This document shows, in pieces, positions 1-10,414 of a DNA stretch of 64,000 nt. The notes under the pieces were generated by a model. The model was not told where the DNA came from. It made no database searches and saw nothing but the letters and a program-made list of their open reading frames with translations. Every line of letters starts with the position of its first letter. Positions within the stretch are counted from its first letter, which is position 1. This DNA is from Alphaproteobacteria bacterium (GTDB lineage: Bacteria > Pseudomonadota > Alphaproteobacteria > Caulobacterales > Caulobacteraceae). The stretch spans positions 4,968 to 68,967 of the forward strand of contig JANLPK010000052.1 in the NCBI GenBank assembly GCA_031367205.1. Direction: 5' to 3'. A program made the position numbers and the translations under genes.

Positions 1-1
1 A

Positions 2-202
2 TCGCTGGATACGTTGTTACACAGTCTCTCTAATTTGTTGGACAATCTGAAGGTCAGGGAGGTCTGGGAGGGCAAAGCCGTTAGCGTTCACTTGCAGACG
101 TTTCGGTTGTTGCTTCATACCGAGCGCACCGGCGATGAAGCAGGTGTTCAGACGATCCTGGAGGGGCTGCGGCAAGTCAATGCGCGGGTTACTAAACCCT
201 GA
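2..202 (+). CDS. 3' end of a gene running in from the left edge; possibly CheE-like/Hpt-like helical chemotaxis protein
   Basis: Frame open from nt 2 to TGA 200-202 (SLDTLLHSLSNLLDNL...AVSVHLQTFRLL...ILEGLRQV). The pattern recalls the C-terminus of Caulobacteraceae CheE-like proteins; recall only. Confidence 0.35.
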   Translation, partial: SLDTLLHSLSNLLDNLKVREVWEGKAVSVHLQTFRLLLHTERTGDEAGVQTILEGLRQVNARVTKP

Positions 203-233
203 GCTAAGTCGTCGGGACCCGGTCAGCCGGTTT

Positions 234-262
234 CCGGTTCCGTGTAAACGGAACACGATCTA
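234..262 (+). repeat. Degenerate right arm of the CIR-like palindromic repeat
   Basis: CCGGTTCCGTGTAAACGGAACACGATCTA matches the repeat right end ACGATTCCGTCTAAAGGGAACGCGTTCTA (reverse complement of the 4208 copy) at 23/29 positions by eye. Confidence 0.55.
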
Positions 263-386
263 GAGGGATCTTGGCCCTGCCCTGACAGCACTATTGTGCA
301 GAGATTTCGCCAACTTCCCTGAGGTCAGACTTGAAAGTCTCGCTCGCGGGTGGTGGGTTCTTGAGAGTACCCAGCGAGGCACCAAA

Positions 387-1580
387 ATGGACCTTAGGCT
401 AACGCCGGAATTGGCGGAATTTCGCGATGAAGTTCAGGCATTCTTGAGTGCCCATCGGCGGGACTATGAGGGAGGGGCCGGGGCTGAGCGGCCCCGCGAA
501 GCCGCTTTGGCCTGGCAACGGTTGCTGATCGAGAACGGCTATGCCGCGCGGACCATTCCGAAAGCATATGGCGGCTACGGCGCGGAACCCGACATCCTGA
601 AGTCTCGGATCATGGCTGAGGAATTCACCCGTGCCGGAGCGCCTCGTGGTTTTGCCAATCAGGGGATTTCCATGCTCGTCCCGACCCTGTTGGAGGTGGG
701 ATCAGAGGAACAGAAGCTGCAATGGATCGGTCCGACGCTGCGGGGTGAGGTGGTCTGGTGTCAGGGTTATTCCGAACCAGGGGCGGGGTCTGATCTTGCC
801 TCATTGCAAACCAAGGCTGTCGAGGACGGCGAGGATTTCCTGATTCAGGGGTCAAAAATCTGGACCTCGACGGCGGCCCAGGCTGACATGATTTTCTGCC
901 TGGTGAGGACCGAGCCCGCCGCGCCGAAGCATGACGGCATCTCCTATCTGCTGTTTCCGATGTCGACGCCCGGGATCGAAGTGCGGCCGCTGAAGACGAT
1001 GACCGGTTCGTCAGAATTCAATGAGGTGTTCTTCACCGATGTGCGGGTCTCGCAGAGCGCGGTAGTGGGTGGCCGGGGCCGGGGCTGGTTTGTGGCCAAT
1101 GCGACATTGAAGCACGAGCGTGGCATGTTGGGCGATCCCAATGCCACCGAGGCACGGTTGCAGTCGTTGATCACCCTGATGACTGAGGAGACCGTTGACG
1201 GCATTCGGCTGGTTGATGATCCGGTGATGGCTGATCGCCTAATGCAGCTGCAAGCGCGGGTGTTCTCGATGAAATTCAATGGTCTGCGGATCACGACGGC
1301 AGCTACGAGCGGAGAACCGGTCGGCATGGCAGCAATGGTGGTCAAGCTGCAGGGTTGCGAGTTGAACCATCAGCTTGCGGCGCTAGCGATCGATGCCTTG
1401 GGCGAGTTGGGCATCCTCTATGAGGATGGACCTCATCTGCGGGCCAAGGGCGGTTGGCAGCGCAGCTACATGTTCGACCTTGGCCTGATCATCGGCGGCG
1501 GGACGGCGCAGATCCAGAAGAATATTATCTCCGAACGGGGACTTGGCATGCCGCGCGAACCCAAATTGGCGGGAGTCTGA
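387..1580 (+). CDS. Acyl-CoA dehydrogenase (FadE-like, alpha subunit of a two-gene pair)
   Basis: MDLRLTPE start; motifs WCQGYSEPGAGSDLASL, GSKIWTS, EFNEVFFTDV, LKHER, IIGGGTAQIQKNIISERGLG. Confidence 0.92.
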   Translation: MDLRLTPELAEFRDEVQAFLSAHRRDYEGGAGAERPREAALAWQRLLIENGYAARTIPKAYGGYGAEPDILKSRIMAEEFTRAGAPRGFANQGISMLVPTLLEVGSEEQKLQWIGPTLRGEVVWCQGYSEPGAGSDLASLQTKAVEDGEDFLIQGSKIWTSTAAQADMIFCLVRTEPAAPKHDGISYLLFPMSTPGIEVRPLKTMTGSSEFNEVFFTDVRVSQSAVVGGRGRGWFVANATLKHERGMLGDPNATEARLQSLITLMTEETVDGIRLVDDPVMADRLMQLQARVFSMKFNGLRITTAATSGEPVGMAAMVVKLQGCELNHQLAALAIDALGELGILYEDGPHLRAKGGWQRSYMFDLGLIIGGGTAQIQKNIISERGLGMPREPKLAGV

Positions 1581-1582
1581 GT

Positions 1583-2668
1583 ATGGATTTCTCGCTGACT
1601 GCCGACCAGAGGATGATGCAGGAATCCTTGACACGGGCCCTGTCTGAGGCGGCCTCGTTAGAGCGGGTTCGTAAGTTCGCCGACGGCGCAGCGTTGGGTT
1701 CGGATATCTGGAGCAAGATGGCCGACTTCGGCCTTCCGGGCATGATGATCTCAGAAGAGTTTGGTGGCCTGGGACTTGGGCTCTTGGACGCCGCTTTGGC
1801 CGCTGAGGCTGTTGGTCGCGCCGTGAGCCCCGGACCGTTCCTCGGCGCTATGCTGGCGCCCTTGGCACTCAGAGAGGGCGGCAATGACCTACAAAGGAGC
1901 CACTGGCTGCCTAAGCTCGCCGCTGGCGAAGCGACGGCGGCGATTGCGATCTCCGAGTTGGTAGCAGGTGCGCGGGACGGCGCCGGGGTGACAGCGGCAG
2001 GCGGCAAACTTACTGGAACCACGCAATTCGTCCTGGATGGGGCGACGGCGGATTTGATCATCGTGGCGGACAAGTTGGGTGACCTGCATTTGGTTTCGGG
2101 GGCGGCCAAGGGCCTGACCCGAGAGCCGATGATCAGCATCGATCAGACGCGACCGATGGCGGCGCTGCACTTCGAGAGTGTCGAGGCCGAGCCCTTAGTG
2201 GGCGGACCCACGCTACTGGCGCGATTGCGAGATGCGGGATGGGTCCTGCTGGCGGCCGATTCCTTAGGGGCATGCGACGCGATGCTCGAAAAGGCAGTGG
2301 CTTATGCCAAGGAACGCCAACAGTTCGGGCGGGTGATCGGGTCTTTCCAGGCGGTGAAACATCTGTGCGCAGAGATGGCCGCTGAGATTGAACCTTGCCG
2401 GTCCCTGGTCTGGTACGCCGCCTATGCCTTTGATGACGCCCCCGAAGAGTCGGCGCTGACAGCAGCCCACGCCAAGGCCCATCTCTCCGAAGTCGGGCGT
2501 TTCGTAGCGCGGACTTCAACCGAGGTACACGGCGGCATGGGCATCACCGATCTGTTGGGCTTGCACTTCTGGTTCAAGCGGCTCGGCCTCAATCGGCAAA
2601 TGTTGGGCGGACCGGAGCGGGTTCGGCGATGGGCAGCGCAAATTCAGGGCTTGGTTTCCGCAAACTGA
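1583..2668 (+). CDS. Acyl-CoA dehydrogenase (short partner/beta subunit)
   Basis: Starts 2 nt after the previous stop (MDFSLTADQR); motifs YAKERQQFGRVIGSFQAVKH, EVHGGMGIT. Architecture typical of alpha2beta2 ACAD pairs. Confidence 0.9.
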   Translation: MDFSLTADQRMMQESLTRALSEAASLERVRKFADGAALGSDIWSKMADFGLPGMMISEEFGGLGLGLLDAALAAEAVGRAVSPGPFLGAMLAPLALREGGNDLQRSHWLPKLAAGEATAAIAISELVAGARDGAGVTAAGGKLTGTTQFVLDGATADLIIVADKLGDLHLVSGAAKGLTREPMISIDQTRPMAALHFESVEAEPLVGGPTLLARLRDAGWVLLAADSLGACDAMLEKAVAYAKERQQFGRVIGSFQAVKHLCAEMAAEIEPCRSLVWYAAYAFDDAPEESALTAAHAKAHLSEVGRFVARTSTEVHGGMGITDLLGLHFWFKRLGLNRQMLGGPERVRRWAAQIQGLVSAN

Positions 2669-2787
2669 TTCGCCGCTCCCATACGCCTTCCGAAGACCGA
2701 ATTCCCTTGTGAGGTAAGGGAACTGCGACCTGCTTGTGATGACCACAGCATAGGTCCATGATTCCCTCCATGAAGAGGGAGGCGACT

Positions 2788-3309
2788 ATGCGTTTCAGCA
2801 TTGGCGGGCTCACGCTCGCATCTATCCTCACAGTATCAAGCCTTGTGAATAACGGCTGTTCGCCGACGGTCCCCGACGCCCCGGCGGGTCCGACCGCGCT
2901 TTCGATTGGCTTCAAGGAGGGCGATCATGGGGTGCTTCCCGCGCAGAGTGGGATGATCGCAGTGAAGGGAAAGTCAGGGGACTATAGCCAAACCGTCGCC
3001 CTGACCCCGGAATGGTGGGTCGGCGGCGGCGAGTTCAAGCTGGTTTGGTATGCCGGGATTAGCCAGACCAAGCGGTTCTTCCAGTTCAGCGATGAGATGG
3101 GCGACGCGGCCAAGCGACCAGCTTTCTTGAAAGCCCCCGAGGAAGGCGTTCGTAAGGTCAGTGTCAGCTTCGACGGTGGCCCCATGGTGCCGATAGAACC
3201 CAAAACGGCGCGCGCCCTGTTCAAGATTCCGGCAGGTGCCAAGGCGGTAACGGGCGTTGAGGTCGAATTCGGCGTAGAGGGCTCGCCAGAGACCTATCGC
3301 TGGAAGTAG
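2788..3309 (+). CDS. Hypothetical exported protein, possible lipoprotein
   Basis: RBS GGGAGG before ATG 2788; hydrophobic N-terminus ending LVNNGC; Pro/Ala linker, then a beta-rich domain. Confidence 0.6.
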   Translation: MRFSIGGLTLASILTVSSLVNNGCSPTVPDAPAGPTALSIGFKEGDHGVLPAQSGMIAVKGKSGDYSQTVALTPEWWVGGGEFKLVWYAGISQTKRFFQFSDEMGDAAKRPAFLKAPEEGVRKVSVSFDGGPMVPIEPKTARALFKIPAGAKAVTGVEVEFGVEGSPETYRWK

Positions 3310-3346
3310 GTAACGCGCTCCTGTCGAGAGTGAGTGTTCGCTTGCC

Positions 3347-4210
3347 ATGCCCGTTCCATCTGCGCCACGGCGCGGCGAACTGATTGATATAGGCGGACGC
3401 AGGCTCCGAGCCGTTCGGGCGGGCCCGGCATCTGCAGCGCCCTTGGTGGTGTTCGAGTGCGGCGCGTTCGGCTGTGCGGCCGATTGGGCGGTGGTTCAGA
3501 CCCGGCTGGCGGCTAAAGGCTTGGCGAGCTTGGCCTATGATCGCGCAGGGCTTGGGTTCTCTGATCCCGGTCCAGAGCCCCGCGATGGTCAGGCGATCAC
3601 CCAGGACCTTGAGCAATTGCTCACGCAACTGGGCTCCCAGGGACCTCTGCTGCTGGTTGGTCACTCGATGGCGGGACAGCTGTTGCCGATTTTCATCGGG
3701 CGCAATCGAGACCGGGTGCGGGGTTTGGTTCTCGTGGATGCCATGTCTGCAGACGCCGTTGATGTGCCCGCCGTGCACCGGATGATCGAGGGCTATCGTC
3801 GGGCGATGAACCTGGTCGGTCGATGGTCCCACTTGGGATTTATGGGGCCAGTGTCGCTTGTGGCTGGCAATCTGATTGGACTGGAAGGCGAGGCCTCTAA
3901 GGAGAAACGACAGATCTACGGCATGGCCAGTCATGCGCGAGGTGCTGCTCTGGAGGTCCGTTCCTGGTTCGAGACCGCAGAGCAGGCGCGCGTCACAGGA
4001 GCCTACAATTCAAGCCTCCCCATTGCAGTGGTCTCTGCAGGGCAAACCCGATTGCCCAGGTCCCTAAAAGCCCTGCAGGCGGCACCGGCGGAGGCCTCTG
4101 AGCATGGCATTGTCGCCGATGTGAAGGGTGCCAATCACGCGAGCTTGTTGGGGCGCAGACACGCTGATGCGATCGTCGAGTGTATTTCGCACGTCCTGAA
4201 GCATATTTAG
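3347..4210 (+). CDS. Alpha/beta fold hydrolase
   Basis: AYDRAGLGFSD, nucleophile elbow GHSMAG, catalytic His in GANHASL. Confidence 0.88.
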   Translation: MPVPSAPRRGELIDIGGRRLRAVRAGPASAAPLVVFECGAFGCAADWAVVQTRLAAKGLASLAYDRAGLGFSDPGPEPRDGQAITQDLEQLLTQLGSQGPLLLVGHSMAGQLLPIFIGRNRDRVRGLVLVDAMSADAVDVPAVHRMIEGYRRAMNLVGRWSHLGFMGPVSLVAGNLIGLEGEASKEKRQIYGMASHARGAALEVRSWFETAEQARVTGAYNSSLPIAVVSAGQTRLPRSLKALQAAPAEASEHGIVADVKGANHASLLGRRHADAIVECISHVLKHI

Positions 4211-4323
4211 AACGCGTTCCCTTTAGACGGAATCGTCCAAAGGGGAAAAACTGGGTTCTCATTCAAAAAGTTAGAGCATGCTTGGATCCGATAACCGGCT
4301 TCCACTCATCGGAACATACTCTA
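4208..4323 (-). repeat. CIR-like bipartite palindromic repeat, full copy (116 bp)
   Basis: TAGAAC...CTCTA ends, two internal hairpins, GAATC (GANTC) at the right-arm loop. Overlaps the stop codons of both convergent neighbours; closely similar to 44659-44768. Confidence 0.9.
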
Positions 4324-5580
4324 GGTGGGTTCCGAGATCACGAGACCGGTCGCGGCGTAGAAGCGTTGACGTGTGAGGTCGGTGACCCGAAGGTTGGTGT
4401 CGTTTTCCAAGAGCGGGCATAGTGAGGTTTCGCCCTGCACCAGAGGCAGGCCACCGCGGGCGGCGGCGGGGATTGCGCGAAGCTGTTGGCGTGCATTCGC
4501 TGACAAGCCGGCCATATGGCCCTGGAGCGCGACAACCTTGCTGGGCCGGGTAGAGGTGATCTCATATCGGCCATCCCAAACCGCTGGAACATTGGGTTGG
4601 AGCTCTAGCGGCGCAACCTTGTGGCGGATGAGTTCACCGGGATTGCGCAGCCAACGCACCTGGCTTTGGCTAGCCTCGATGCGAGCACCGGCCAAGGTAG
4701 CGACGATGTCACCGTGGCTAACCAACTGAGCCACTAGGTGGCTGAGCTTGTCGGTGCGCGGAGGACGCGTGCCACCTGAAACGCAGAGGCTGGCGATGCC
4801 CACAAATGCGCGGGCGGCCTGAGGATTGACCTTGCGCAATAGGTCGCGCGATAGAGCCAGAATCGGCGTGAACGACGCCTGAGCCGCCAGGGCCACCAAC
4901 ACTTCGTCGTCCGGGAATTGAGGCTCCACTGACGCCAGCGGATCTATCATTGCCCTGGCCCGAGCTCGGGCGAACTTCGGGTTCTGGTTGGCTGGATCCT
5001 CGATCCAGGTCTCGGCTCGGGCGGTCAGCCATTCGCGCAGGTCGCCGCGACGAAGATCCAGCATCGGGCGTAGTATGAAGACACCGCGCCCTTCCGGCCA
5101 GACAGGCGAGGGGCTCCATTCGCGCGGGTCGGGTGTCGTGGAGCCGGCTTGGCGCATCGACTGCCCCTCCGCGCGGTCGTCGGCGGTGTGGCCAAGTAGG
5201 ATAACCCTGGCTCCAATCTCCCGAGCCTGGTCCGCCAGCAAGCGATGGCGGGCTAGGCGCGCGGCGGCCGGCAGGCCAGTGGCGGGTTTGGAGCCCGTCC
5301 AACTCAGAACTTGATGAATTGCGCCAAGCCTCAGAGCAAACGATGCACAGGCTTGGTTCCACTTAACGCTAGCTGGATTAAGCTGGTGGTCGACGGTCAG
5401 GAGATGCAGGGCGCGACCCTGGGCCCTGGCCCAGACTGCCACCATCAGCGCCAAGGCCACAGAGTCTCCGCCGCCGGAGAGGCCCAGGGCGATGGGTGTA
5501 GTGGAGGTCTTTGCTAGGCGATGATCGAGGATCGCAAGCGTGGGTGACAGCAGATCCAGTGGCGGAGCTAGGCCGCGCAC
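4321..5580 (-). CDS. tilS: tRNA(Ile)-lysidine synthetase
   Basis: PP-loop SGGGDS, LTVDH, LGHTADD, RPML, WIEDPAN; lies downstream of cpoB as in other alphaproteobacteria. Confidence 0.93.
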   Translation of the reverse strand: MRGLAPPLDLLSPTLAILDHRLAKTSTTPIALGLSGGGDSVALALMVAVWARAQGRALHLLTVDHQLNPASVKWNQACASFALRLGAIHQVLSWTGSKPATGLPAAARLARHRLLADQAREIGARVILLGHTADDRAEGQSMRQAGSTTPDPREWSPSPVWPEGRGVFILRPMLDLRRGDLREWLTARAETWIEDPANQNPKFARARARAMIDPLASVEPQFPDDEVLVALAAQASFTPILALSRDLLRKVNPQAARAFVGIASLCVSGGTRPPRTDKLSHLVAQLVSHGDIVATLAGARIEASQSQVRWLRNPGELIRHKVAPLELQPNVPAVWDGRYEITSTRPSKVVALQGHMAGLSANARQQLRAIPAAARGGLPLVQGETSLCPLLENDTNLRVTDLTRQRFYAATGLVISEPT

Positions 5581-6419
5581 TTGGCTAGGGCTCGGGTCGA
5601 CGCCGCCCGCGCCTGCACCGCCGCCGTTGCCTTGGGATATCGACGATCAAACTCGTCAAGGGTTCGACAGGCATCGGTAGGCTTGCGCAGCTGAACAAGG
5701 GTTTTGGCTAGCTCTACCACGGCGTCGGGTGCCCAGGCGGTTTGCGGCCAGCCCCGGATGGCGCCGATATAGGCCGTGGCGGCTTCGCCGTGCGCAGCGC
5801 GGGTAACCAGGGATTTACCGAGCCAATAACGAGCTTCGGGCGATTTGGGAGTGTCTCCGAACCGATCAACATAGTCTTGAAAACCCAGCTCAGCCTTGCG
5901 GAAGTCACCGGCGGAGAAGGCCTGTTTGGCCGCCGAGAACACCTCTGCCGGGGTCATGGCCGCCACGGCGGCGGCTTGTTGGCTGGCCGCCTGAACAGCA
6001 GCATCAGCTTCGGCCTTGGCTTGTTCGAGGCCCAGGATCCGATTGGTCAAGTCGCGGTTGGCCGTGCGTGAGGCTTGGAAGTCCTGACGAGCTTGGGCCA
6101 GATTGTGATTGGCTTCCTCCAGATCTCCGGTAAGCCGGGTCACCGTGGCCTCAAGATCCGACATTCGGCGGGTAAGTTGCTGCAGCTGGTAGTCGGTCTC
6201 CGCCGGTTGCACGACAACCGGCTTTCCGGAGTCTCGACCTTGGAAGACGATGGCGCGCAGTTCGCGCATCACCTGTTCCATCTTATCCACTCGTCGGGCG
6301 TCGCGGGCGTCAAGGGGATCCATCGGCGTCTGGGCGTAGCCGAGCGGTGCCATCAGGAGCAGCACCAGACCAGCTCCGACAACCAAACCTCGCTTTGAGG
6401 GGGATACCACCGTCATCAA
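5568..6419 (-). CDS. cpoB: Tol-Pal cell division coordinator CpoB/YbgF
   Basis: Signal peptide, coiled coil, C-terminal TPRs (FQDYVDRFGDTPKSPEARYWLG); follows pal. Confidence 0.9.
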   Translation of the reverse strand: MMTVVSPSKRGLVVGAGLVLLLMAPLGYAQTPMDPLDARDARRVDKMEQVMRELRAIVFQGRDSGKPVVVQPAETDYQLQQLTRRMSDLEATVTRLTGDLEEANHNLAQARQDFQASRTANRDLTNRILGLEQAKAEADAAVQAASQQAAAVAAMTPAEVFSAAKQAFSAGDFRKAELGFQDYVDRFGDTPKSPEARYWLGKSLVTRAAHGEAATAYIGAIRGWPQTAWAPDAVVELAKTLVQLRKPTDACRTLDEFDRRYPKATAAVQARAASTRALAKCAA

Positions 6420-6424
6420 CCTGC

Positions 6425-6982
6425 TTAGCGAACACCGCCGCTAAGGACGGTGTGAGCATTGCGGTTGTTTTGGTAAGCACCTTCGTCCGTCCCACCGTCG
6501 ATGGGGCGTTCCTTGCCATAGGACAGGGTCGAGATCCGAGACTCCGGCACACCACGCGAAACCAGATAGTCGCGTACCGAATTGGCCCGGCGCGAACCTA
6601 GGGACAGATTGTATTCCCGGGTGCCGCGTTCGTCGGCATTGCCCTCGATCCGCACCTGGACGCCGGGATAGCGTGCCAACCAATTTGCCTGAGCATTCAA
6701 CAGTGGTGTGGCGTCAGCTCGCACTTCGTATTGGTCCAAATCGAAATAGACGCGGTCGCCGACATTGACCACGAAGTCCTGCTCGGAACCCGGAAGGGGC
6801 CCTTGGGCAACCGGTGCCATCGGCCTGGGAGGCGGGCGAACGACCGGCGCGTCTGGGGCACGGGGGGCAGTCACCTGAGGCGTGGTGACCGCCGGTTTGG
6901 GCCGCGAGGCGCACGATGTCACGGCGAGTGCAGCAACAGCCGTCAATACCAGCGGCAGGGCGGCTTTGAGTTGGAAGGTCAT
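6425..6982 (-). CDS. pal: Peptidoglycan-associated lipoprotein Pal
   Basis: Lipobox AVTSC; OmpA_C domain VYFD...IEGNADERGTREYNLSLGSRRA...NRNA. Confidence 0.96.
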   Translation of the reverse strand: MTFQLKAALPLVLTAVAALAVTSCASRPKPAVTTPQVTAPRAPDAPVVRPPPRPMAPVAQGPLPGSEQDFVVNVGDRVYFDLDQYEVRADATPLLNAQANWLARYPGVQVRIEGNADERGTREYNLSLGSRRANSVRDYLVSRGVPESRISTLSYGKERPIDGGTDEGAYQNNRNAHTVLSGGVR

Positions 6983-7077
6983 TTGGGGGTCCTTCTTAGG
7001 TGGGATGCGGGTGCAGTGCACTGGCGTCGAGTCACAGGATAACCGATGTTGGGGTGTGGCGTCATTTCAATCCGGCA

Positions 7078-8373
7078 TCAATTCAAGAGTGGCGACCAAG
7101 CTGGATCGGATCCGGAGCCGGGATAGGGCGCGGGCCGTAGGATCCGTCCGGTAACGTCTACGGTCCAGAGCTTCGGCGGCCCGCCGGGAGTTTCGCGACT
7201 GAACATCAGCACCCGGCCGTTTGGGGCCCAGGTCGGGCTTTCATCGAGATAGCTGTTGGTCAGCAGTCGTTCGTCTGAGCCATCGGCGCGCATGACGCCG
7301 ATATGGAACTGACCACCGGTTTGTTTTGTGAAGGCGATGAAGTCGCCGACAGGACTCCAGACAGGAGTGGTATAGCGCCCTGCCCCGAAGGATATCCGGT
7401 TCGCCGCCGACCCATCGGCCCCCATCACATAGAGTTGGGGGGAGCCTCCACGATCAGAATTAAACACGATCCTGCTGCCGTCCGGGGAAAAAGAGGGCGA
7501 TGTGTCGATGGCCGGCGAGGTGGTCAGGCGGCGCGCCGTGCGGCTCTTCAAGTTCATCACGTAGACGTCGGAGTTGCCCCGGGTCTCGGAGGCGAATGCG
7601 ACCGAGGTCCCGTCCGGCGAAAAGCGCGGGGCGAACACCATGCCCGGGAATTGGCCCAAGCTCTCCCGTCGCGCCGTCTCCAGATTGAACAGATAGATGG
7701 CCGAACCGGCGGGGCCCAGGGTCATATAGGTGATCTCCTGGCTGGTTGGCGAGAATCGAGGCGACATGACGATTGAGTCGCCGTCGGTGAGGAAGCTGGG
7801 ATTGGCCCCATCCTGATCCATGATCGCCAAGGTCTTGGCGCGATTTATCCGGCCGCCACTTTCGGCAACGAACACAACGCGGGTATCGAAATAGCCCTTC
7901 TCGCCGGTCAGTCGCTCATAGACGGCGTCGGAGATCTTGTGAGCCACGCGCCGCCAATTTTCCGGGGTCGAGGTGAATTGAAGACCGAGAAGTTGCTGTT
8001 CGGAAAACACATCCCAAAGCCGGAAATCGACCCGCAGCCGTCCACCCTCCACTGTGACTTGGCCGTTCAGAAGGGCCTGGGCATTGATAGTCTTCCAGTC
8101 GGCGAACTGGGGTTGAACCGCAACGGTCACGTCCTGCGCAATGAAGGCTTTCGCATCAATGGGCGCGAACAGCCCGGACCGCTCCAGATTGCCGACAATG
8201 ACCTTGGCAATCTCGGCACCGCGTTCTCCTGAGAAGGCGGGCACGGCGATGGGCAGGGGCTGAATATCGCCGCGGTTCACGTCCACCTCGATCTCTGCGC
8301 GCGCGGTGTCTATCGGCATGGAGGCTATGCTGACGACGAAGAGCGCGAGGAACAGGGTTTTCAGTCGCATCAT
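7078..8373 (-). CDS. tolB: Tol-Pal beta-propeller protein TolB
   Basis: Signal peptide, PIAVPAF N-domain, repeated PD40 motifs ([29 protein letters not shown]). Confidence 0.97.
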   Translation of the reverse strand: MMRLKTLFLALFVVSIASMPIDTARAEIEVDVNRGDIQPLPIAVPAFSGERGAEIAKVIVGNLERSGLFAPIDAKAFIAQDVTVAVQPQFADWKTINAQALLNGQVTVEGGRLRVDFRLWDVFSEQQLLGLQFTSTPENWRRVAHKISDAVYERLTGEKGYFDTRVVFVAESGGRINRAKTLAIMDQDGANPSFLTDGDSIVMSPRFSPTSQEITYMTLGPAGSAIYLFNLETARRESLGQFPGMVFAPRFSPDGTSVAFASETRGNSDVYVMNLKSRTARRLTTSPAIDTSPSFSPDGSRIVFNSDRGGSPQLYVMGADGSAANRISFGAGRYTTPVWSPVGDFIAFTKQTGGQFHIGVMRADGSDERLLTNSYLDESPTWAPNGRVLMFSRETPGGPPKLWTVDVTGRILRPAPYPGSGSDPAWSPLLN

Positions 8374-8380
8374 GGGCTCT

Positions 8381-9151
8381 CTATCCACACGCTTCCCGCG
8401 CATTAAAATTTACGGCGATCAGCTGACCGAAGAAATCATGAGGTAAAGACAGAAATGGGGCGGCTTGGTGAACGGCGCGGATAGCGCGTTCTGCGGCGGC
8501 CCGAACGACAGGATTGCTGGAGGTTTCCTGGCCACCGGCTTCGACGGGGCCCAACAGTTGGCCGCCTTGGCCCAACTTGAAGATCACGCGGATGCGGACA
8601 TCCCGGCCACCCTCGACCTCGCAATTGGGGTTCCAGCGGCGTTGCAGCTCATCAGCCAGACCGGCCATGGCGCTAGCCGAGACGCCTTGCCCAGCCCCGG
8701 CAGCATCGCGGGCGATTAGGGCTGTTTCTGTCCGGGCCGGGCCCTTTTTCGCGGCGGAGGGCTTTGTGGTCTTGGCGATGCTGGCAGCCAGCGCGTCAAG
8801 GTCTAGGGGCTTTGAGGGCATTGGGATGCTGGGCAAGGGTTTGGCCGTTGGGGCCGGAGCCGGCTTTGGCGTCGGAGCTTCTTTCTCGGGCGTAGGCGCG
8901 GGTGCCGGCGCCGGCGGCTCGATCGGGGGCGATTCTGCGGGCATCTCGGATTGGGCGGTTTGCACCTCATCGGCGACAGCCGCGGCGCGGAGATCGGTCA
9001 CGGGAGCATTTGCCACGATGTTGATCGGCACCACGGTGCCGACCGGCAGATCCCGTGCCCAGGGGCGAGCGAAGAGCACGAGGGCGAACAGGCCGAGGTG
9101 AAATACGACCGAGCCCGTTATAGCCACCGAATAATCTGACCGCTCACGCAT
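8381..9151 (-). CDS. tolA: TolA/TonB-like energy transducer
   Basis: N-terminal TM with S-x3-H (GSVVFHLG), Pro/Ala-rich linker, C-terminal domain; position between tolR and tolB. Confidence 0.85.
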   Translation of the reverse strand: MRERSDYSVAITGSVVFHLGLFALVLFARPWARDLPVGTVVPINIVANAPVTDLRAAAVADEVQTAQSEMPAESPPIEPPAPAPAPTPEKEAPTPKPAPAPTAKPLPSIPMPSKPLDLDALAASIAKTTKPSAAKKGPARTETALIARDAAGAGQGVSASAMAGLADELQRRWNPNCEVEGGRDVRIRVIFKLGQGGQLLGPVEAGGQETSSNPVVRAAAERAIRAVHQAAPFLSLPHDFFGQLIAVNFNAREACG

Positions 9152-9159
9152 ATCGGCGC

Positions 9160-9651
9160 CTACGGGGTCTGCGATGGGGCCACGCCGGAGGAAGGTCCGC
9201 CGGTGTCCGTAATCAGATTGATCGAGGAAAACCCTGATGTGGAGAGGGCGGCCATGACCTGGGCGACAATGGAATAGGGCGCGCGACCATCGGCCCGCAC
9301 ATAGATCGGCTTGGATGTGCTGGTTCCAGCCATGGCCTTCAGACGTGGGGCGAGGCCGGTGAAGACCACCGATTGATCCTGCACATGCAGCGCGCCATCG
9401 GCGCTGATGGACACTGTGATCGGCTCAAACTGATCCTGCATGGAAGCGGCTTCGGTCTTGGGAAGCTCCACTGGGACTCCGACCGTCAGCAGGGGCGCGG
9501 AGATCATGAAGACGATCAACAGAACGAGCATTACATCGACCAGTGGGGTGACATTGATCTCTGACAAAGTGCCGCGACGGCCGCCACCGGGGCGGCGACG
9601 ACGCCCCCCCCCGGCCCCGGCAGAGAATGCATCATGGGCGGAGAGCGCCAT
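9160..9651 (-). CDS. tolR: TolR
   Basis: INVTPLVDVMLVLLIVFMISAP, IYVRADG. Confidence 0.95.
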   Translation of the reverse strand: MALSAHDAFSAGAGGGRRRRPGGGRRGTLSEINVTPLVDVMLVLLIVFMISAPLLTVGVPVELPKTEAASMQDQFEPITVSISADGALHVQDQSVVFTGLAPRLKAMAGTSTSKPIYVRADGRAPYSIVAQVMAALSTSGFSSINLITDTGGPSSGVAPSQTP

Positions 9652-9653
9652 GG

Positions 9654-10352
9654 CTAGCTCCGCTCCGCCAAGCGACGTTGGATGGCGGTGGAGAGGTCGT
9701 CGGCGAAGCCTTCAAGCCTGGCCGAATAGCGGGAGGCGGCGTTGGAGAAGTAGTTGAAGGCGATGTAGGCCGGAATCGCGGCAGCCAGACCGATAGCGGT
9801 GGCGAAGAGGGCCTCTGCGATGCTGGGGGCGACAACCGCCAGGTTGGTGTTTTTCTGAATGGCTATGGCTTTGAATGAATTCATGATCCCCCACACGGTG
9901 CCAAATAGCCCTACGAAAGGACTTGAGGTGGCGACGATCGCGAGGGCGCTGAGGCCGGCTTCGACACGCGAGGCCTCGCGAGCGATGGTGGTGTCGAGGA
10001 CTCGGTCGATGCGCTGGATCAGGAAGGCGGCTTGGCCTTCGCTTAGGCCTCGGGCGCGGGCCTCGCGCCATTCCTTCAGGGCACCTTGCAACATGCGAGG
10101 GAGGGCGTGGGTGGGGGTTTCGCCAGCTTCGGCGGCGACCTCTTCTAGGCTCCGACCGGACGCCACCTCGGCCTCGAAGTCATCGGCTTGCTGGTTGAGT
10201 TTGCCCAGCCGGACTGTCTTGTCGAAGATGATCGTCCAAGACCACAGCGATGCGCCCGCTAGGCCCAGCATCACAGCCTTCACCACCCAGTCGGCGCGGA
10301 GGAACAGGGAGATCAGCGAGAAGGTGTCTGGGGTGATCGCGGCGGGGTCCAT
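9654..10352 (-). CDS. tolQ: TolQ
   Basis: SPFVGLFGTVWGIM, AEALFATAIGLAAAIPA. Confidence 0.96.
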   Translation of the reverse strand: MDPAAITPDTFSLISLFLRADWVVKAVMLGLAGASLWSWTIIFDKTVRLGKLNQQADDFEAEVASGRSLEEVAAEAGETPTHALPRMLQGALKEWREARARGLSEGQAAFLIQRIDRVLDTTIAREASRVEAGLSALAIVATSSPFVGLFGTVWGIMNSFKAIAIQKNTNLAVVAPSIAEALFATAIGLAAAIPAYIAFNYFSNAASRYSARLEGFADDLSTAIQRRLAERS

Positions 10353-10414
10353 GGGTGCTCCGATTGGTCAGGATCCAGCCTGAGCCCCTCGCGTGGCGAA
10401 GTTGCGGCGGCGGC

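Noticed and set aside
2703-2725. Hairpin TTCCCTT-N7-AAGGGAA as another copy of the repeat
   Set aside because: Too short a match to the right arm, and lacks the TAGA/TCTA ends.
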